This document shows positions 9,134-19,653 of a DNA stretch of 64,000 bases, one piece after another. A program made the translations under genes and the position numbers. Location of the stretch: positions 160,001-224,000 of the forward strand of contig CBDHDG010000003.1 of the NCBI GenBank assembly GCA_965261595.1, read 5' to 3'. Below the pieces are notes generated by a model that worked only from the letters and a program-made list of their open reading frames with translations, was not told the origin of the DNA and searched no databases. The first letter of the stretch is position 1, and each line of letters begins with the position of its first letter. The DNA comes from a bacterium. Its GTDB lineage: Bacteria; UBA8248; JACPRG01; G963555815.

Positions 9134-10444
9134 TTGGCCGAGTCCTCCGATAAGACGAAAAACATTCGGGAAGATTTCCGGGAATACCTTTTCCCATGTA
9201 TTCGTCCGTTTTATGAAGAACCCCTTGTGATCGAGCGCGGCCATGGGGCAACGGTCGTGGACTCGGAGGGACGCGAGTATCTGGATTTCTTCGGGGGGAT
9301 TCTCACCACGGCCGTCGGCCACTGCCACCCCGAGGTCAAGGAACGGACGGTCGCTCAGATCAATAAGCTCCAGCACGTCTCGAATTCCTATCTCACCGAG
9401 CCGGCTGTGTCGCTGGCGAAAAAGCTCGCGGAGATCACGCCCGGCCGGCTGCGGAAAACCTTCTTCACCAACAGCGGCAGCGAAGCGGACGAGACCGCCG
9501 TCCTGGCGGCGCGCTGCTACACGGGGTCTTACGAAGTGGTGGCCATGCGCCACGGCTACAGCGGGCGGACCACCCTCGCCATGTCCATGATTGGCGATTC
9601 GCAGTACCGGCTTCCCGGGGCGGGCCTGGGAGCGGGCGTCGTTCACGTGGCCAACCCCTACTGCTATCGCTGTCCTTATGGACTGACGTACCCGAGCTGC
9701 GATCTGCATTGCGCCCGGGACGTGGAAGAGGTCATCCGCACATCGACGATGGGGACCATCGCGGCCTTCATCGCCGAGCCCATCCAGGGGGTCGGGGGGT
9801 TCATCGTTCCGCCCAAGGAATACTTCCAAGTGGTCGCCGAGATCGTTCGAAGGTACGGGGGCATTTTCATCTCCGATGAGGTCCAGACCGGATTCGGCCG
9901 GACGGGCGGGAAGATGTTCGGCATTGAACACTACGGCGTAGAGCCGGAAGTCATGACCTTCGCCAAGGCCCTGGGCAACGGGATGCCCATCGGGGCGACC
10001 ATCGCCGTCCCGGAGGTGGCCGACAGTGTCAAGGGGCGCTCCGTTTCCACGTTCGGCGGGAATCCGGTCTCCACCGAAACGGCGCTGGCGGTTCTCGACG
10101 TCATCATCAGGGAAGAGTTGGTTCACAACGCGCAGAAGGTCGGGGCCCTCATCCGTGAGCGGCTGGAAGACCTGAAGGAAAAATTTCCCGTCATCGGGGA
10201 CGTCCGGGGGATGGGGCTGATGCAGGGCATGGAATTGGTGAAAGAAGGAAAAGAGCCCGCGCCGCAGGCCGTGAACCGGATCTTCGAGGAGACGCGCAAG
10301 CGGGGGCTGCTGATCGGCAAAGGCGGCACGTACGGAAACTTCATCCGCTTCACACCGCCCCTCAACATCCATTCCTCCGACGCGGAGACGGCCCTGGACA
10401 TTCTGGAGGCTTCCATGGAGGCTTCCATGGATAGGGATGGTTGA
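9134..10444 (+). CDS. Class III PLP-dependent aminotransferase (GabT/AGXT2-like)
   Basis: NSGSEA, EPIQGVGG, DEVQTGFGRTG, AKALGNG and TFGGNP motifs. TTG start chosen after RBS AAGGGAG. Confidence 0.9.
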   Translation: MAESSDKTKNIREDFREYLFPCIRPFYEEPLVIERGHGATVVDSEGREYLDFFGGILTTAVGHCHPEVKERTVAQINKLQHVSNSYLTEPAVSLAKKLAEITPGRLRKTFFTNSGSEADETAVLAARCYTGSYEVVAMRHGYSGRTTLAMSMIGDSQYRLPGAGLGAGVVHVANPYCYRCPYGLTYPSCDLHCARDVEEVIRTSTMGTIAAFIAEPIQGVGGFIVPPKEYFQVVAEIVRRYGGIFISDEVQTGFGRTGGKMFGIEHYGVEPEVMTFAKALGNGMPIGATIAVPEVADSVKGRSVSTFGGNPVSTETALAVLDVIIREELVHNAQKVGALIRERLEDLKEKFPVIGDVRGMGLMQGMELVKEGKEPAPQAVNRIFEETRKRGLLIGKGGTYGNFIRFTPPLNIHSSDAETALDILEASMEASMDRDG

Positions 10445-10548
10445 GGAGCGGGCGGACGCGGCGAGGGCCGGATTTGTCCACCCGGCGGATTGACCCGGAG
10501 AAGCGGCCCCCCCCCTCCCTCCCCGTGGAGCTGATAGCGTTCCGGTTT

Positions 10549-12813
10549 TTACGATGCGGAAGCGAGGACTTTCTGGGCCGTGATGGGAAGGTCCCGGATT
10601 CGGACGCCGGTGGCGTGAAAGACCGCGTTGGCGACGGCCGCGGCGGCGGGATCGATGGGGGCCTCCGAAGCGCCCTTGGCCCCATAGGGCCCCAAGGGGT
10701 CGTTCGATTCAATCAGGATCGAATGCAAATGGCCTGTGTTCTCCGCCTTGGGGAGGACATAGTCGGCCAGGTTGCCGTTCACGGCTTGGCCCAGGGAGAA
10801 GGAAATCTCCTCCGTCAGCGCATAGCCCATCCCCTGGATCACAGCGCCTTGAACCTGTCCTTCCGCCAGGAGCGGGTTGAGGACGAACCCCACGTCGTCG
10901 GCCACCCAGACCCCCAATAGGCCGATTTCACCGGTCTCCATGTCCACCTCGACTTCCACGGCCATGGCGGTGAACTCATAGGAAGGCGCGAAGTTTCCGT
11001 ACAACTCCTTATCCAGGACAAAATCGCTGGGGGGGTCATAGGTTCCCCGGCCCACAACGGGTTGGCCGTTCTTGCGGAAAAGGTGGGCTTCGGCGGCCTC
11101 TCCCATCGAGACCTTCCGATCCGGCGCGTTTTGGATGAAAACGAATCCATCCTTGAGGTCCAGGTCGTCGGGGCGCGCTTCCAGCCGCTCGGCGGCCGCT
11201 TCCAGGAGCTGGCGGCGCGCGTCCCGCGCCGCCAAACGCGCGGCGTTCCCCCCGATGACCGTGAGGCGGCTCGCGTAAGCGCCGAAGCTCAAAGGGCTGT
11301 GGTCGGTGTCGGCGGATGAGAGGGTGACCTCTCGCATGGGCAGGTTCAACTCCTCCGCCACGATCTGGGCCAGAACCGTTTTGGCCCCCTGGCCGATGTC
11401 GCCTTCGCCGTAGACGATGTGCGCCGCCCCCTCGGCGTTGATCTTCACCTCCATGGACGAGCCGTCCCAATCGCCGTAGACGCGCGCGCCGCTGGTGTGG
11501 ATGGCCGCGGCCAGACCGACGCCCCTTCGTTTGACCCCTCCGCCCCGTTTTGCCCGCTTGGCTTTCCACCCGCACTTCTCCGTCACTTCCCGGATGCACT
11601 GTTTCAAGGCGCAGGATTCGAGCTTCCAGCCGTGGACGGTTGTGTCTCCGGCCTGCACGGCGTTCTTGAGCCGGAGCTCCGCCGGGTCCATGTCGATGGC
11701 GTCGGCCAGCAGGTCGATGTGCTGCTCCACCGCAAATCCCACCTGCGGATTTCCATACCCGCGGAAGGCGCCCTTGGGGATGGAGTGCGTATAGGCCAGG
11801 CGGCCTTCCGTGCGGATGTTCTTCATCCGGTAATGGTTGTCCATCCGCATGATTCCGGCCGCCAGGATGCCGAGGGCCTCCCCCACGTAGGCGCCGGCAT
11901 CGGCCAAGGCATGGCATTCCTTGGCGGTGATCGCGCCGTCCTTTCGGACGCCCATCCTGAGGGTGATCGCCATCGGGACCCGCGGCCGTCCCGCCTGAAA
12001 TTCATCGAGACGGGTGTTGAGCAGCTTCACGGGGACGCCGGTTTTTTGTGAAAGAAGCGCGGCAATCATGGGCAGGGGTTCGTCCCGCTTTCCCCCGAAA
12101 GACCCCCCGACGGTAGCCTGAACGACGCTCACCTTGGAGAGAGGGAGGCCCAGGGCTTTGGCCACCCGCTTTTGGGAGTAGAAGATGCCCTGGCAGGGCA
12201 TCCACAGTTTCACCCCTCCCCCTCCCTGAGCGTCCGCCCGCGCCAGCGCCCCCATGGGCTCCATGTAGGCCTGGGAAACGATGGAGGTCCGGTAGCTTTC
12301 TTCCAGGACGATGTCGGCTTCCCGCAGTCCGGCGTCCGGGTCCCCGCGCGCGAACTCGACCTTTCCGGCCAGGTTCCCCGATTCGTGGACCTTGGGGGAA
12401 AACTCCCGCAGGGCCTCTTCCGGGTCCAGGACCGCGGGCAAGGGCTCATACTCCACCTCGATCAATTCCATCGCGTCGAGCGCCGCCGCCTCATCCACCG
12501 CCGCCACCGCCGCCACTTCATGCCCCATGTAAAGGCTCCGGCCGACGGCCAGAACGGTCTGGTCCTCGATGACCGTGCCAAAGCGGATCGGGGGCGCGTC
12601 CTTTCCGGTGATGATGGCTTTCACGCCCGGCACCTTGAGGGCCCGGCGGATATCGATATCGGCAATCCGGGCGTGCGGGTGGGGGCTTCTGAGGATCTTC
12701 GCGTGGAGCATGCGCGGCAGGACCATGTCCCCTACATAAGGGACCGCTCCCCGGACTTTGAGGGGGGCGTCGATGGCGGGGATCGGTTTGCCGATCACGG
12801 AGAATTCGGGCAT
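10549..12813 (-). CDS. Xanthine dehydrogenase-family molybdopterin-binding subunit
   Basis: LRSPHPHARI, GGSFGGK, AFRGYG, GQG, EGQVQG and GAKGASE motifs. Confidence 0.92.
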   Translation of the reverse strand: MPEFSVIGKPIPAIDAPLKVRGAVPYVGDMVLPRMLHAKILRSPHPHARIADIDIRRALKVPGVKAIITGKDAPPIRFGTVIEDQTVLAVGRSLYMGHEVAAVAAVDEAAALDAMELIEVEYEPLPAVLDPEEALREFSPKVHESGNLAGKVEFARGDPDAGLREADIVLEESYRTSIVSQAYMEPMGALARADAQGGGGVKLWMPCQGIFYSQKRVAKALGLPLSKVSVVQATVGGSFGGKRDEPLPMIAALLSQKTGVPVKLLNTRLDEFQAGRPRVPMAITLRMGVRKDGAITAKECHALADAGAYVGEALGILAAGIMRMDNHYRMKNIRTEGRLAYTHSIPKGAFRGYGNPQVGFAVEQHIDLLADAIDMDPAELRLKNAVQAGDTTVHGWKLESCALKQCIREVTEKCGWKAKRAKRGGGVKRRGVGLAAAIHTSGARVYGDWDGSSMEVKINAEGAAHIVYGEGDIGQGAKTVLAQIVAEELNLPMREVTLSSADTDHSPLSFGAYASRLTVIGGNAARLAARDARRQLLEAAAERLEARPDDLDLKDGFVFIQNAPDRKVSMGEAAEAHLFRKNGQPVVGRGTYDPPSDFVLDKELYGNFAPSYEFTAMAVEVEVDMETGEIGLLGVWVADDVGFVLNPLLAEGQVQGAVIQGMGYALTEEISFSLGQAVNGNLADYVLPKAENTGHLHSILIESNDPLGPYGAKGASEAPIDPAAAAVANAVFHATGVRIRDLPITAQKVLASAS

Positions 12814-13055
12814 GGTCCTATGCCTTTGAGCCGGGCCCCGCCGGAGGTGAATCGGGGGCGATCGACCGCGACGCCGAACGGTCCGGACGGGACATCCGAA
12901 ACCGTCCGACACGCATCGCCCGGCAAGGGATCGAGGGTTTCCGGGTTGTCGATACGAAGATGAAGGGTCCGGGCGTCGGGAGCGGCATGTCGCGCCCCCC
13001 CCTTCCCCCAGGCCCTCCCGCGCGGGGCTTCGCCCTCGCCCGGGAACGGTTCTCT

Positions 13056-14843
13056 CTACGCTTCCCTCTCGGCCCGGAGCTTCTCCGTGGCTTTGAGGTC
13101 GACCTCGAGAGTTTTCGGGTCGATGACGACGCCATAGTCTTTTTCCGCCGCCTCGATGGACAGGACCTCATTGAGGACGTCTTCTCCGACCAGTTCTTGG
13201 GGTCTTTCCAGCGGGGACCCGACGCCCCCTCCGCCGCTGCATTTGGCCGTGAGGATGTCCCCCTTGGTGTACTGGACCTGAGACATGGTCCGGAAGGGGA
13301 TCCGCTCTCCGTCCCGCTCAAAATAGATGTCGTGATAGATCCCTTCCTTGCCCCCGTCCTGGCCGAAGGCCCGGAATTGCTGCCCGGAGGAGGTTCCCGT
13401 ATTGACGTACACGCGGCCTTCGTTCTCGTTGACCATGGCGTAGTGGGTGCCCACCCCCCCGCGCCACCTGCCGGCGCCGGCCGAGTCTTTCAGGTAGCCG
13501 TATTGCAGGATGCGCCAAGGGGTCATGATCTCGGTGATCTCGGCGGTGTTTTTCGTGACGCCCCCCGCGATGATGGGCGGCGTCACGTGGGGCCACCCGT
13601 CGTAGCCCCAGATGGCCCCGCTTCCGCCGTCCGGTCCGAAGAAGGTGAAGTAGTACTTGCGATAATCCCCCGCTTCCTCATCGAACTCGCGGCCGTCGTC
13701 TCCGAACGTCACGAAGGAAACGTGGGGGGCCCACATCGCGCTGACCGTCTCGGGCATAGCCTTGCCCAGGGCCATCTGAATCGCCTCGATGAGCTCGCCC
13801 CCCAGATGGCAGTTGCATCCCCCGATGGTGGCCGGATACCTGGCGTTCACGCACGTCCCCTCCGGGGCGATGATCTTGATGGGCTTGCAGCTTCCCTCAT
13901 TGAAGGAGATGTCCGGATCCACCGACATGAGGATGGGGATGTACGTGCAGGCGTGGTTCACGGCGAGCGGGGTGCTGATGAAGGCGGCCAACTTGTCGCT
14001 GCCCGTCCAATCGACGATCATCTCATCGCCTTGAATGGTGACTTTGACCCTCACATAGACTGGCTCGTCCGTCGTCCCGTCCCAGTCGCAGCCGCTTTCC
14101 CCCTGATAAATCCCGTCCGGCATCTTGGAGATTTCGGCCCGCATGGCCTGCTCGGAGGAATCCAGCAGGGCCTGCTGGCACGCGAGCATGGTTTCCTGTC
14201 CCATCGTCTGACACAGCCGGATGAGCTCCTCCTCCGCGCGCTTGGTCGCCCCCATCATGGCCATGTTGTCCATGGCGACCACATCGGGCCAGCGGACGTT
14301 GTTGAGGATGAAGTCGTAGACGGGCTGCCTTTCGCCCCGCTCGAAGATCTTCGTGTAGTCGATGCGCAGGCCTTCGCTGTGGATGTCGTAGCCGTAGGGG
14401 AAGTACCCCCCCGGATACGCGCCTCCGGTGTCCTGCTGGTGCCCTTTGAGCAGCGTGAAGAAAATCAGCTCGTCTTCATAGAAGACCGGCCGGATGATGG
14501 ACCAGTCGGGCAGGTGGGAGCCGCCGGCCTGATAGGGGTCATTGGCGAGAAAAATGTCGCCCGGGTAGATCTTGCCCTTGAACTTTTCCGCCAAAGGCGC
14601 CACTTGCGACTTGGCGACGGCGACGTGCAAAGGCATCCAGGACTTGATGGAAAGAAGCCGCCCCTGGGCGTCAAACACCCCGGGGGAGAAATCGTTGCAC
14701 TCCATCAGGATGAAGCATTGCCCCGAATGCTTGAGGACGCTCCCCATGAGATCGCAGGTGTACAGGATCTTGTGCTGGAGAATGGCCACGTCCATCGGAT
14801 CCACCTGCAGGGCATTCATTGAATCCGCTTGTCGACTCGCCAT
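13056..14843 (-). CDS. Hydantoinase B/5-oxoprolinase family protein
   Basis: NDPYQAGGSHLPD, HQQDTGG, SEGLRI, DSAGAGRWRGG and GGGGVGSP motifs. Confidence 0.9.
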   Translation of the reverse strand: MASRQADSMNALQVDPMDVAILQHKILYTCDLMGSVLKHSGQCFILMECNDFSPGVFDAQGRLLSIKSWMPLHVAVAKSQVAPLAEKFKGKIYPGDIFLANDPYQAGGSHLPDWSIIRPVFYEDELIFFTLLKGHQQDTGGAYPGGYFPYGYDIHSEGLRIDYTKIFERGERQPVYDFILNNVRWPDVVAMDNMAMMGATKRAEEELIRLCQTMGQETMLACQQALLDSSEQAMRAEISKMPDGIYQGESGCDWDGTTDEPVYVRVKVTIQGDEMIVDWTGSDKLAAFISTPLAVNHACTYIPILMSVDPDISFNEGSCKPIKIIAPEGTCVNARYPATIGGCNCHLGGELIEAIQMALGKAMPETVSAMWAPHVSFVTFGDDGREFDEEAGDYRKYYFTFFGPDGGSGAIWGYDGWPHVTPPIIAGGVTKNTAEITEIMTPWRILQYGYLKDSAGAGRWRGGVGTHYAMVNENEGRVYVNTGTSSGQQFRAFGQDGGKEGIYHDIYFERDGERIPFRTMSQVQYTKGDILTAKCSGGGGVGSPLERPQELVGEDVLNEVLSIEAAEKDYGVVIDPKTLEVDLKATEKLRAEREA

Positions 14844-14978
14844 GTTTTCCCTCTCCCTTGGACGCGGAGTCTCAGCCGCGGGGTCTTGTTTTCTTGTTCC
14901 CTCCGCATCCGGCTGCGGAGAGAACGGTCGGGATTTCCCTGCCGGGGCGCTCTCGGTGTTTCCCTTGGACCGATTCCC

Positions 14979-17057
14979 CTACAACGGCACTTCCATCACA
15001 TAGTTCCCGTAAGGGTCGACCTCGCACTTGAAATCAGGGGGAACGGCAACCGTCGTAAACGGCTCCTCGATGATGGCCGGTCCGGTGATCCGGTCGCCCG
15101 CGCGTATCCCGTTTCCATCATAAATTTGGGTTTCCCGGAAATCCTTAACGTTGCTGAAGTAAACGGGCCGGGGGGTTCCCAAAGCCCTCGATGGATCGGC
15201 CCCGTCCGATCCCATCGGCTTCAGCCGGGGTTTTTCCATCCGTCCGACGGCCACGAGCTTGTAGTTCATCATCTCGGTGGGTTTGTCCTCCACGGAGAAG
15301 GCGTACAGATCCTGGTGAAGCAGGTGGAAGCGTTCCACAACCTCTTCGACGGACGCCCGGGTGATTCGGCCGTTTGAAACCGGGACCTCGATCTCGTAGA
15401 ACTGCCCCCGGTAGCGCATGTCCAGGGAGCGCAGAAACTCCATGTTCTCCGGGGCCACCCCCTCCTCTTCGAGGGTGGCCATGCCGCGCTCTTCCATCTC
15501 CTGGAAGATGCCGTTGATCCGGTCCAAATCGGCCGCTTCCGTTGTCGTGTAATAGGAGTGGACATAGTTGTGGCGGAGGTCGGAGAGGAGCATGCCGAAC
15601 GCGCAATAGGTGCTGGCGCCCTTGGGGGCGACCACGTAGGGGATCCGCAGGTCCAGCGCGATGTCGGCCGCGTGGGCGGGGCCGAGGCCGCCGCCCATGA
15701 GAAGGGTGAAATCCCGCACGTCGAGCCCGCGCCGGTGGGCGGCATTGGCGATCGCCCCGGCCACGATGGTGTTGGTCACGGCGTAAACGGCCTGGGCGGC
15801 CTCGGTCACACTCAGCTCCAGGGGGTCCGCGATCTTCTTCCGCAGAACCGTCTCGGCCGCCTCCCGGTCGAGGTTCATTTTTCCCCCGAGGATGTGTCCG
15901 GACGGCAGGATCCCCAGGATAAGGTCGGTGTCCGTCACCGTCGGTTCTTCCCCCCCCCGGCCGTAGCATGCCGGGCCGGGAGAGGCGCCGGCCGAGCGGG
16001 GGCCCACCCGAAGGATCCCGCCGGCGTCCAGTGAGGCGATGCTCCCGCCGCCGGCCCCGATGTGGTGGAGATCGATGGAGGGGCAGGCATTGGTGTAGTC
16101 CCCGATGCTTTTGTAGATCCCCCCCCGGGAGATCATCGGAATTTTCTGATCCTCGATGTAGACAACGTCGCAGCTCGTCCCCCCCATGTCTACGCTGAGC
16201 AGGTTCTTCTTTCCGGCCCCTTCCCCCACCGCGATGGCGGCCGGAACGCTTGCGGCCGGTCCGGAGGAAATGCACGTTACGGGGCGGCTGATGGCCTCAC
16301 GCCAGGACTGAACGCCCCCGTTGGACTGCATGATGAGGAACGTCCCCTCAAAGCCGATCTCTCTCAGGGACCCGTCCAAAGAGGTCAGGTATTTTTTCAG
16401 GCGCGGCCCGATATAGGCGTCCAGCGCCGTGGTGCTGATCCGTTCGTACTCCCTCACCTGGGGGGAGACCTGGCAGGAGAGGCTGATGAAGGCGTCGGGC
16501 ATTTCTTCGCGGATGATCTCTCCCACCCTTTGTTCGTGATCGGGGTGAAGAAAGCTGAACAGGAAGCAGACGGCGATGGCCTCGACCCCCTTTTTCTTGA
16601 GGGTCCGGACCGCCTCGCGGGCCGCATCTTCGTCCAGGGGGGTGAGAACTTCCCCGGTGTGCACGATGCGCTCGGGGACTTCCATCCGCATGTGCCTCGG
16701 GGAGAGGGGTTTGGGAAAGTCCACCCGCCAGTTGAAGGTGTCGTCCTTCATGCCCCTGCGGAATTCCAGGATGTCCCGGAAACCGGCTGTGGTGATGACG
16801 CCGATCGTGGCGCCCGTCAGGGTGAGGACGGTGTTGGTGGCGACCGTCGTCCCGTGGACGATGAGGTCCACTTCCCCGAGAAAGGACCGGACGGGCCGGA
16901 TGTAGGTCTCCGCCAATTTTTCCATCCCGATCATCACCCCCCGCGAGAAGTCGTCGGGGGTGGAAGATTCCTTGGTGTGCCGCATTTCTCCGGTTTCATC
17001 GATGCAGACGAAATCGGTGAACGTTCCGCCGCAATCAATGCCGATCCGAAACCCCAT
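14979..17057 (-). CDS. Hydantoinase A/5-oxoprolinase family protein
   Basis: GIDCGGTFTD, HGTTVATN, SGPAA, DMGGTS, IGAGGGS and GPRSAGASPGPACYGRGG motifs. Confidence 0.93.
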   Translation of the reverse strand: MGFRIGIDCGGTFTDFVCIDETGEMRHTKESSTPDDFSRGVMIGMEKLAETYIRPVRSFLGEVDLIVHGTTVATNTVLTLTGATIGVITTAGFRDILEFRRGMKDDTFNWRVDFPKPLSPRHMRMEVPERIVHTGEVLTPLDEDAAREAVRTLKKKGVEAIAVCFLFSFLHPDHEQRVGEIIREEMPDAFISLSCQVSPQVREYERISTTALDAYIGPRLKKYLTSLDGSLREIGFEGTFLIMQSNGGVQSWREAISRPVTCISSGPAASVPAAIAVGEGAGKKNLLSVDMGGTSCDVVYIEDQKIPMISRGGIYKSIGDYTNACPSIDLHHIGAGGGSIASLDAGGILRVGPRSAGASPGPACYGRGGEEPTVTDTDLILGILPSGHILGGKMNLDREAAETVLRKKIADPLELSVTEAAQAVYAVTNTIVAGAIANAAHRRGLDVRDFTLLMGGGLGPAHAADIALDLRIPYVVAPKGASTYCAFGMLLSDLRHNYVHSYYTTTEAADLDRINGIFQEMEERGMATLEEEGVAPENMEFLRSLDMRYRGQFYEIEVPVSNGRITRASVEEVVERFHLLHQDLYAFSVEDKPTEMMNYKLVAVGRMEKPRLKPMGSDGADPSRALGTPRPVYFSNVKDFRETQIYDGNGIRAGDRITGPAIIEEPFTTVAVPPDFKCEVDPYGNYVMEVPL

Positions 17058-17667
17058 CTTCTATCTCCTCGATTTCTTCCTTGCCGGCCGCCTTGCCCAA
17101 GGGATGGAGACAAACCTGAATTTCGGCGGGCGCCGACGCAAAATCTTTCGGGCGCGACTCATCCGCCTTGATTCAAGCCCGTTGGGACATCGGTGAGGCG
17201 CGCTTCAGAACAGACCGCTCCTCGAAGTGTTCTCATTCAGTTTGCCCAAAATCCCCGTTTTCTGATGGGTCCATCCGGTGAGGTTTTCCAGGGTTCCGGC
17301 GGCCGCTCAAATCACGCGCCAACTCTCAGGTTTCATGCCCGCCAGCCACGCGATAGAAGGGTAATTCTGTTGCAAATCCACGCGGATTGCAAGAGGCGGA
17401 TGGACGCCGCTTGGGATGACGGATTGAAGGAGCTCCCTGGCGGCGCCCGTTGTCGGGTTCCTAAGGGCCGGTCGATCTCCAAACTTGCGAGTGCAAAATC
17501 TTACAGGTTTCCTCACCCACGGCTTGGGTCATCTCCCTGACTGTCCGGCCACCGCTGAGAACCTTCGCGGGCCTGCGAGAAAATTCTGGTATATTGGCTT
17601 TGAACAAGGCCGGTGGGATGATTGTCCGGCGAAAATCCAGGCCATTTCCCTCTCGGGGGAATCGAGA

Positions 17668-18258
17668 ATGACAAGACGGCCGAGATGGCGGTTCCTGGTC
17701 CCGTTTTCCGCGTTTCTGATGGTTCTGTGGGGGTGTGTGCCGGAGCCCCCCCGGGTGGACCCCTTCGCGAATCTCCCCCATGGCAAGGTTCAACAAACCG
17801 ATCTTGTTCTCGCGATCGTGACTTCTCAGAATACGAAAAACGCCATTAAATACCTCGAAAAAAACAGGAACATCGCCAGCACCTGGGGGACCGCCGCCTC
17901 GCGCGACGACCTGGACGCCGGCCCGCTGGTCAACGGCCTGAGCCGGGCGCTCAATCAGAGATTTTCGCGCGTGGTTCGGGTGGGTGATCCCGCGCAAGCG
18001 AAGAGCGTCGGGGGCCATGTCATCGCCGTGGTTGATCTGTACTTTAAGTTGGGAAAGCTGTCGTTTCAGACCACGCAGGTCGATTTGAAGGTCTTTTTCA
18101 CCCAGCTGGATTCCAGGCCGATCGAGACCATCAGCGTGGTGGGAAAGTCGACGGTTCCCTATCCCGCCTGGACCTTCCGGTTCAAACAAGCCGCAAACCA
18201 AGCTTTGGCCGGATTTGTCGATTCTCTTTCGGATTCAGGATCTTCCCTCAAGACCTGA
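17668..18258 (+). CDS. Hypothetical lipoprotein
   Basis: Basic N-terminus, hydrophobic stretch and lipobox LWG-C. Confidence 0.6.
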   Translation: MTRRPRWRFLVPFSAFLMVLWGCVPEPPRVDPFANLPHGKVQQTDLVLAIVTSQNTKNAIKYLEKNRNIASTWGTAASRDDLDAGPLVNGLSRALNQRFSRVVRVGDPAQAKSVGGHVIAVVDLYFKLGKLSFQTTQVDLKVFFTQLDSRPIETISVVGKSTVPYPAWTFRFKQAANQALAGFVDSLSDSGSSLKT

Positions 18259-18294
18259 CTCGGTTCTTCCCCTCGCCTTCGGCGGAGCACTACG

Positions 18295-18987
18295 GTGGAA
18301 AAGAAAATAACACAGGATAAGTTTCCTTCCCGGCGTCGGGTCCTGCTCTCCGGGGCGGCCCTGATGGGGGGCGCGATGCTCCTCCCGGATGAGGTGTTCG
18401 GCGCCGCAAAACCGGTTCGCACACCGGCGCAAGGCGAAGGACCTTTTTATCCCGACGCCCTGCCCTTGGATCAGGACAACGACCTGGTTTCCGTGCGGGG
18501 GCGGCGGGCGCCGGCCAAAGGGCGGATCACGCACATTCTCGGCCGGCTTCGGGACGTGGACGGCCGGCTCATCCGCCGGGCGCGCATCGAGATCTGGCAA
18601 TGCGACGCGCTCGGACGCTACATCCACACGGCCGACCCCGGCCGAGGGCCCCGCGATCCCAACTTCCAGGGTTTTGGCCATACGCTCACCGACGATGACG
18701 GCCGTTACCGGTTCAGGACCATCAAGCCTGTGCCCTATCCCAGGCGGACGCCGCACATCCATTTCGCCGTGAAGGGGAAGGGCTTTCCCCGTCTGACGAC
18801 GCAGATGTACGTCGAAGGAGAACCCCTCAACGAGCGCGATTTTCTGCTGAGCCGCATCCGGAACGAAGAAGCGAGACGCGCCGTAATCGTTCCGTTGGAA
18901 AGGGCCTCGAAATCCGGAGACGGAGGAGGAGCGCTGATTGGCAGATTCGATATCGTTTTGGGGAGCGGGTTGGGGGTTCTTGAATAG
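18295..18987 (+). CDS. Intradiol ring-cleavage dioxygenase family protein (protocatechuate 3,4-dioxygenase-like) with Tat signal
   Basis: SRRRVL signal peptide, then EGPFYP, EIWQCDALGRY, FRTIKPVPY and RTPHIHF motifs. Confidence 0.88.
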   Translation: MEKKITQDKFPSRRRVLLSGAALMGGAMLLPDEVFGAAKPVRTPAQGEGPFYPDALPLDQDNDLVSVRGRRAPAKGRITHILGRLRDVDGRLIRRARIEIWQCDALGRYIHTADPGRGPRDPNFQGFGHTLTDDDGRYRFRTIKPVPYPRRTPHIHFAVKGKGFPRLTTQMYVEGEPLNERDFLLSRIRNEEARRAVIVPLERASKSGDGGGALIGRFDIVLGSGLGVLE

Positions 18988-19074
18988 CCTGGAGGATCAG
19001 GCCTCGACCTTTCGTTCGGAATGATAAGTCGAGCGCGATTCACACCTGGAGAGAGAGTCCATTGACGGAGCTTT

Positions 19075-19653
19075 TCAGGCCGGGTTTTCCCGGCACCATC
19101 GCTCGAATTGGAGGCGGATTTCGACGGGACGCAGGTCGTAGGGGACGTTGGGTTGTTCCCACTGTGAGTTCACGGCCAGGCAGATGAAGGACAGGCGGTC
19201 CTCGGAGAGAAACGCGCGGGCCTTTTCCTCGAAGGCCTCGACCGTATCGACCCGGGCCGTCAGGGGGATCCCCGCGCCCCAGGCCATTTCCTCGTACTTC
19301 AGGCCGGCTTTCGCCAGGGGTTGTCCGCCGCTGGATTGGTAGACGTCGTTGTTGAAGACAACGATCATGAGGTTTTTGGGCGACTGGATGGAGGCCGTCA
19401 CCAGGGCGCCCAGGTTCATCAGAACCCCCCCGTCCCCCTCCAGGGCCACAACCCGGTCGTTCGGGCGGCTGAGGGCGACGCCCAGGGCGGCGGGGATCAC
19501 CATCCCCATCGAGTCCGTGACGTAAAAGTTCGAGGGCTTGCCGTTCAGCTCCGCCCAGTGCTCGGTGGTCTCCTCCATGCAGCAGACGGCTATCCCCTCC
19601 GTCAGGATCCCCGCGAGTGTTTCTATGTAAGCGCGTCTGGATGGCAGGCTCAT
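19075..19653 (-). CDS. Thiamine pyrophosphate-binding subunit, sulfopyruvate/phosphonopyruvate decarboxylase beta-like (ComE-like)
   Basis: SMG...ALG, EGDGGVLMNLG...NNDVYQSSGGQP motifs. Start overlaps the stop of the upstream alpha subunit. Confidence 0.8.
   Translation of the reverse strand: MSLPSRRAYIETLAGILTEGIAVCCMEETTEHWAELNGKPSNFYVTDSMGMVIPAALGVALSRPNDRVVALEGDGGVLMNLGALVTASIQSPKNLMIVVFNNDVYQSSGGQPLAKAGLKYEEMAWGAGIPLTARVDTVEAFEEKARAFLSEDRLSFICLAVNSQWEQPNVPYDLRPVEIRLQFERWCRENPA

Noticed and set aside
10406..10431. 12-bp tandem repeat at the aminotransferase C-terminus (EASM x2)
   Set aside because: A small in-frame slippage in a terminal tail with no evident significance.
17100..17660. 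Short ORFs or a riboswitch upstream of the hydantoinase operon
   Set aside because: No recognisable protein or RNA motif.
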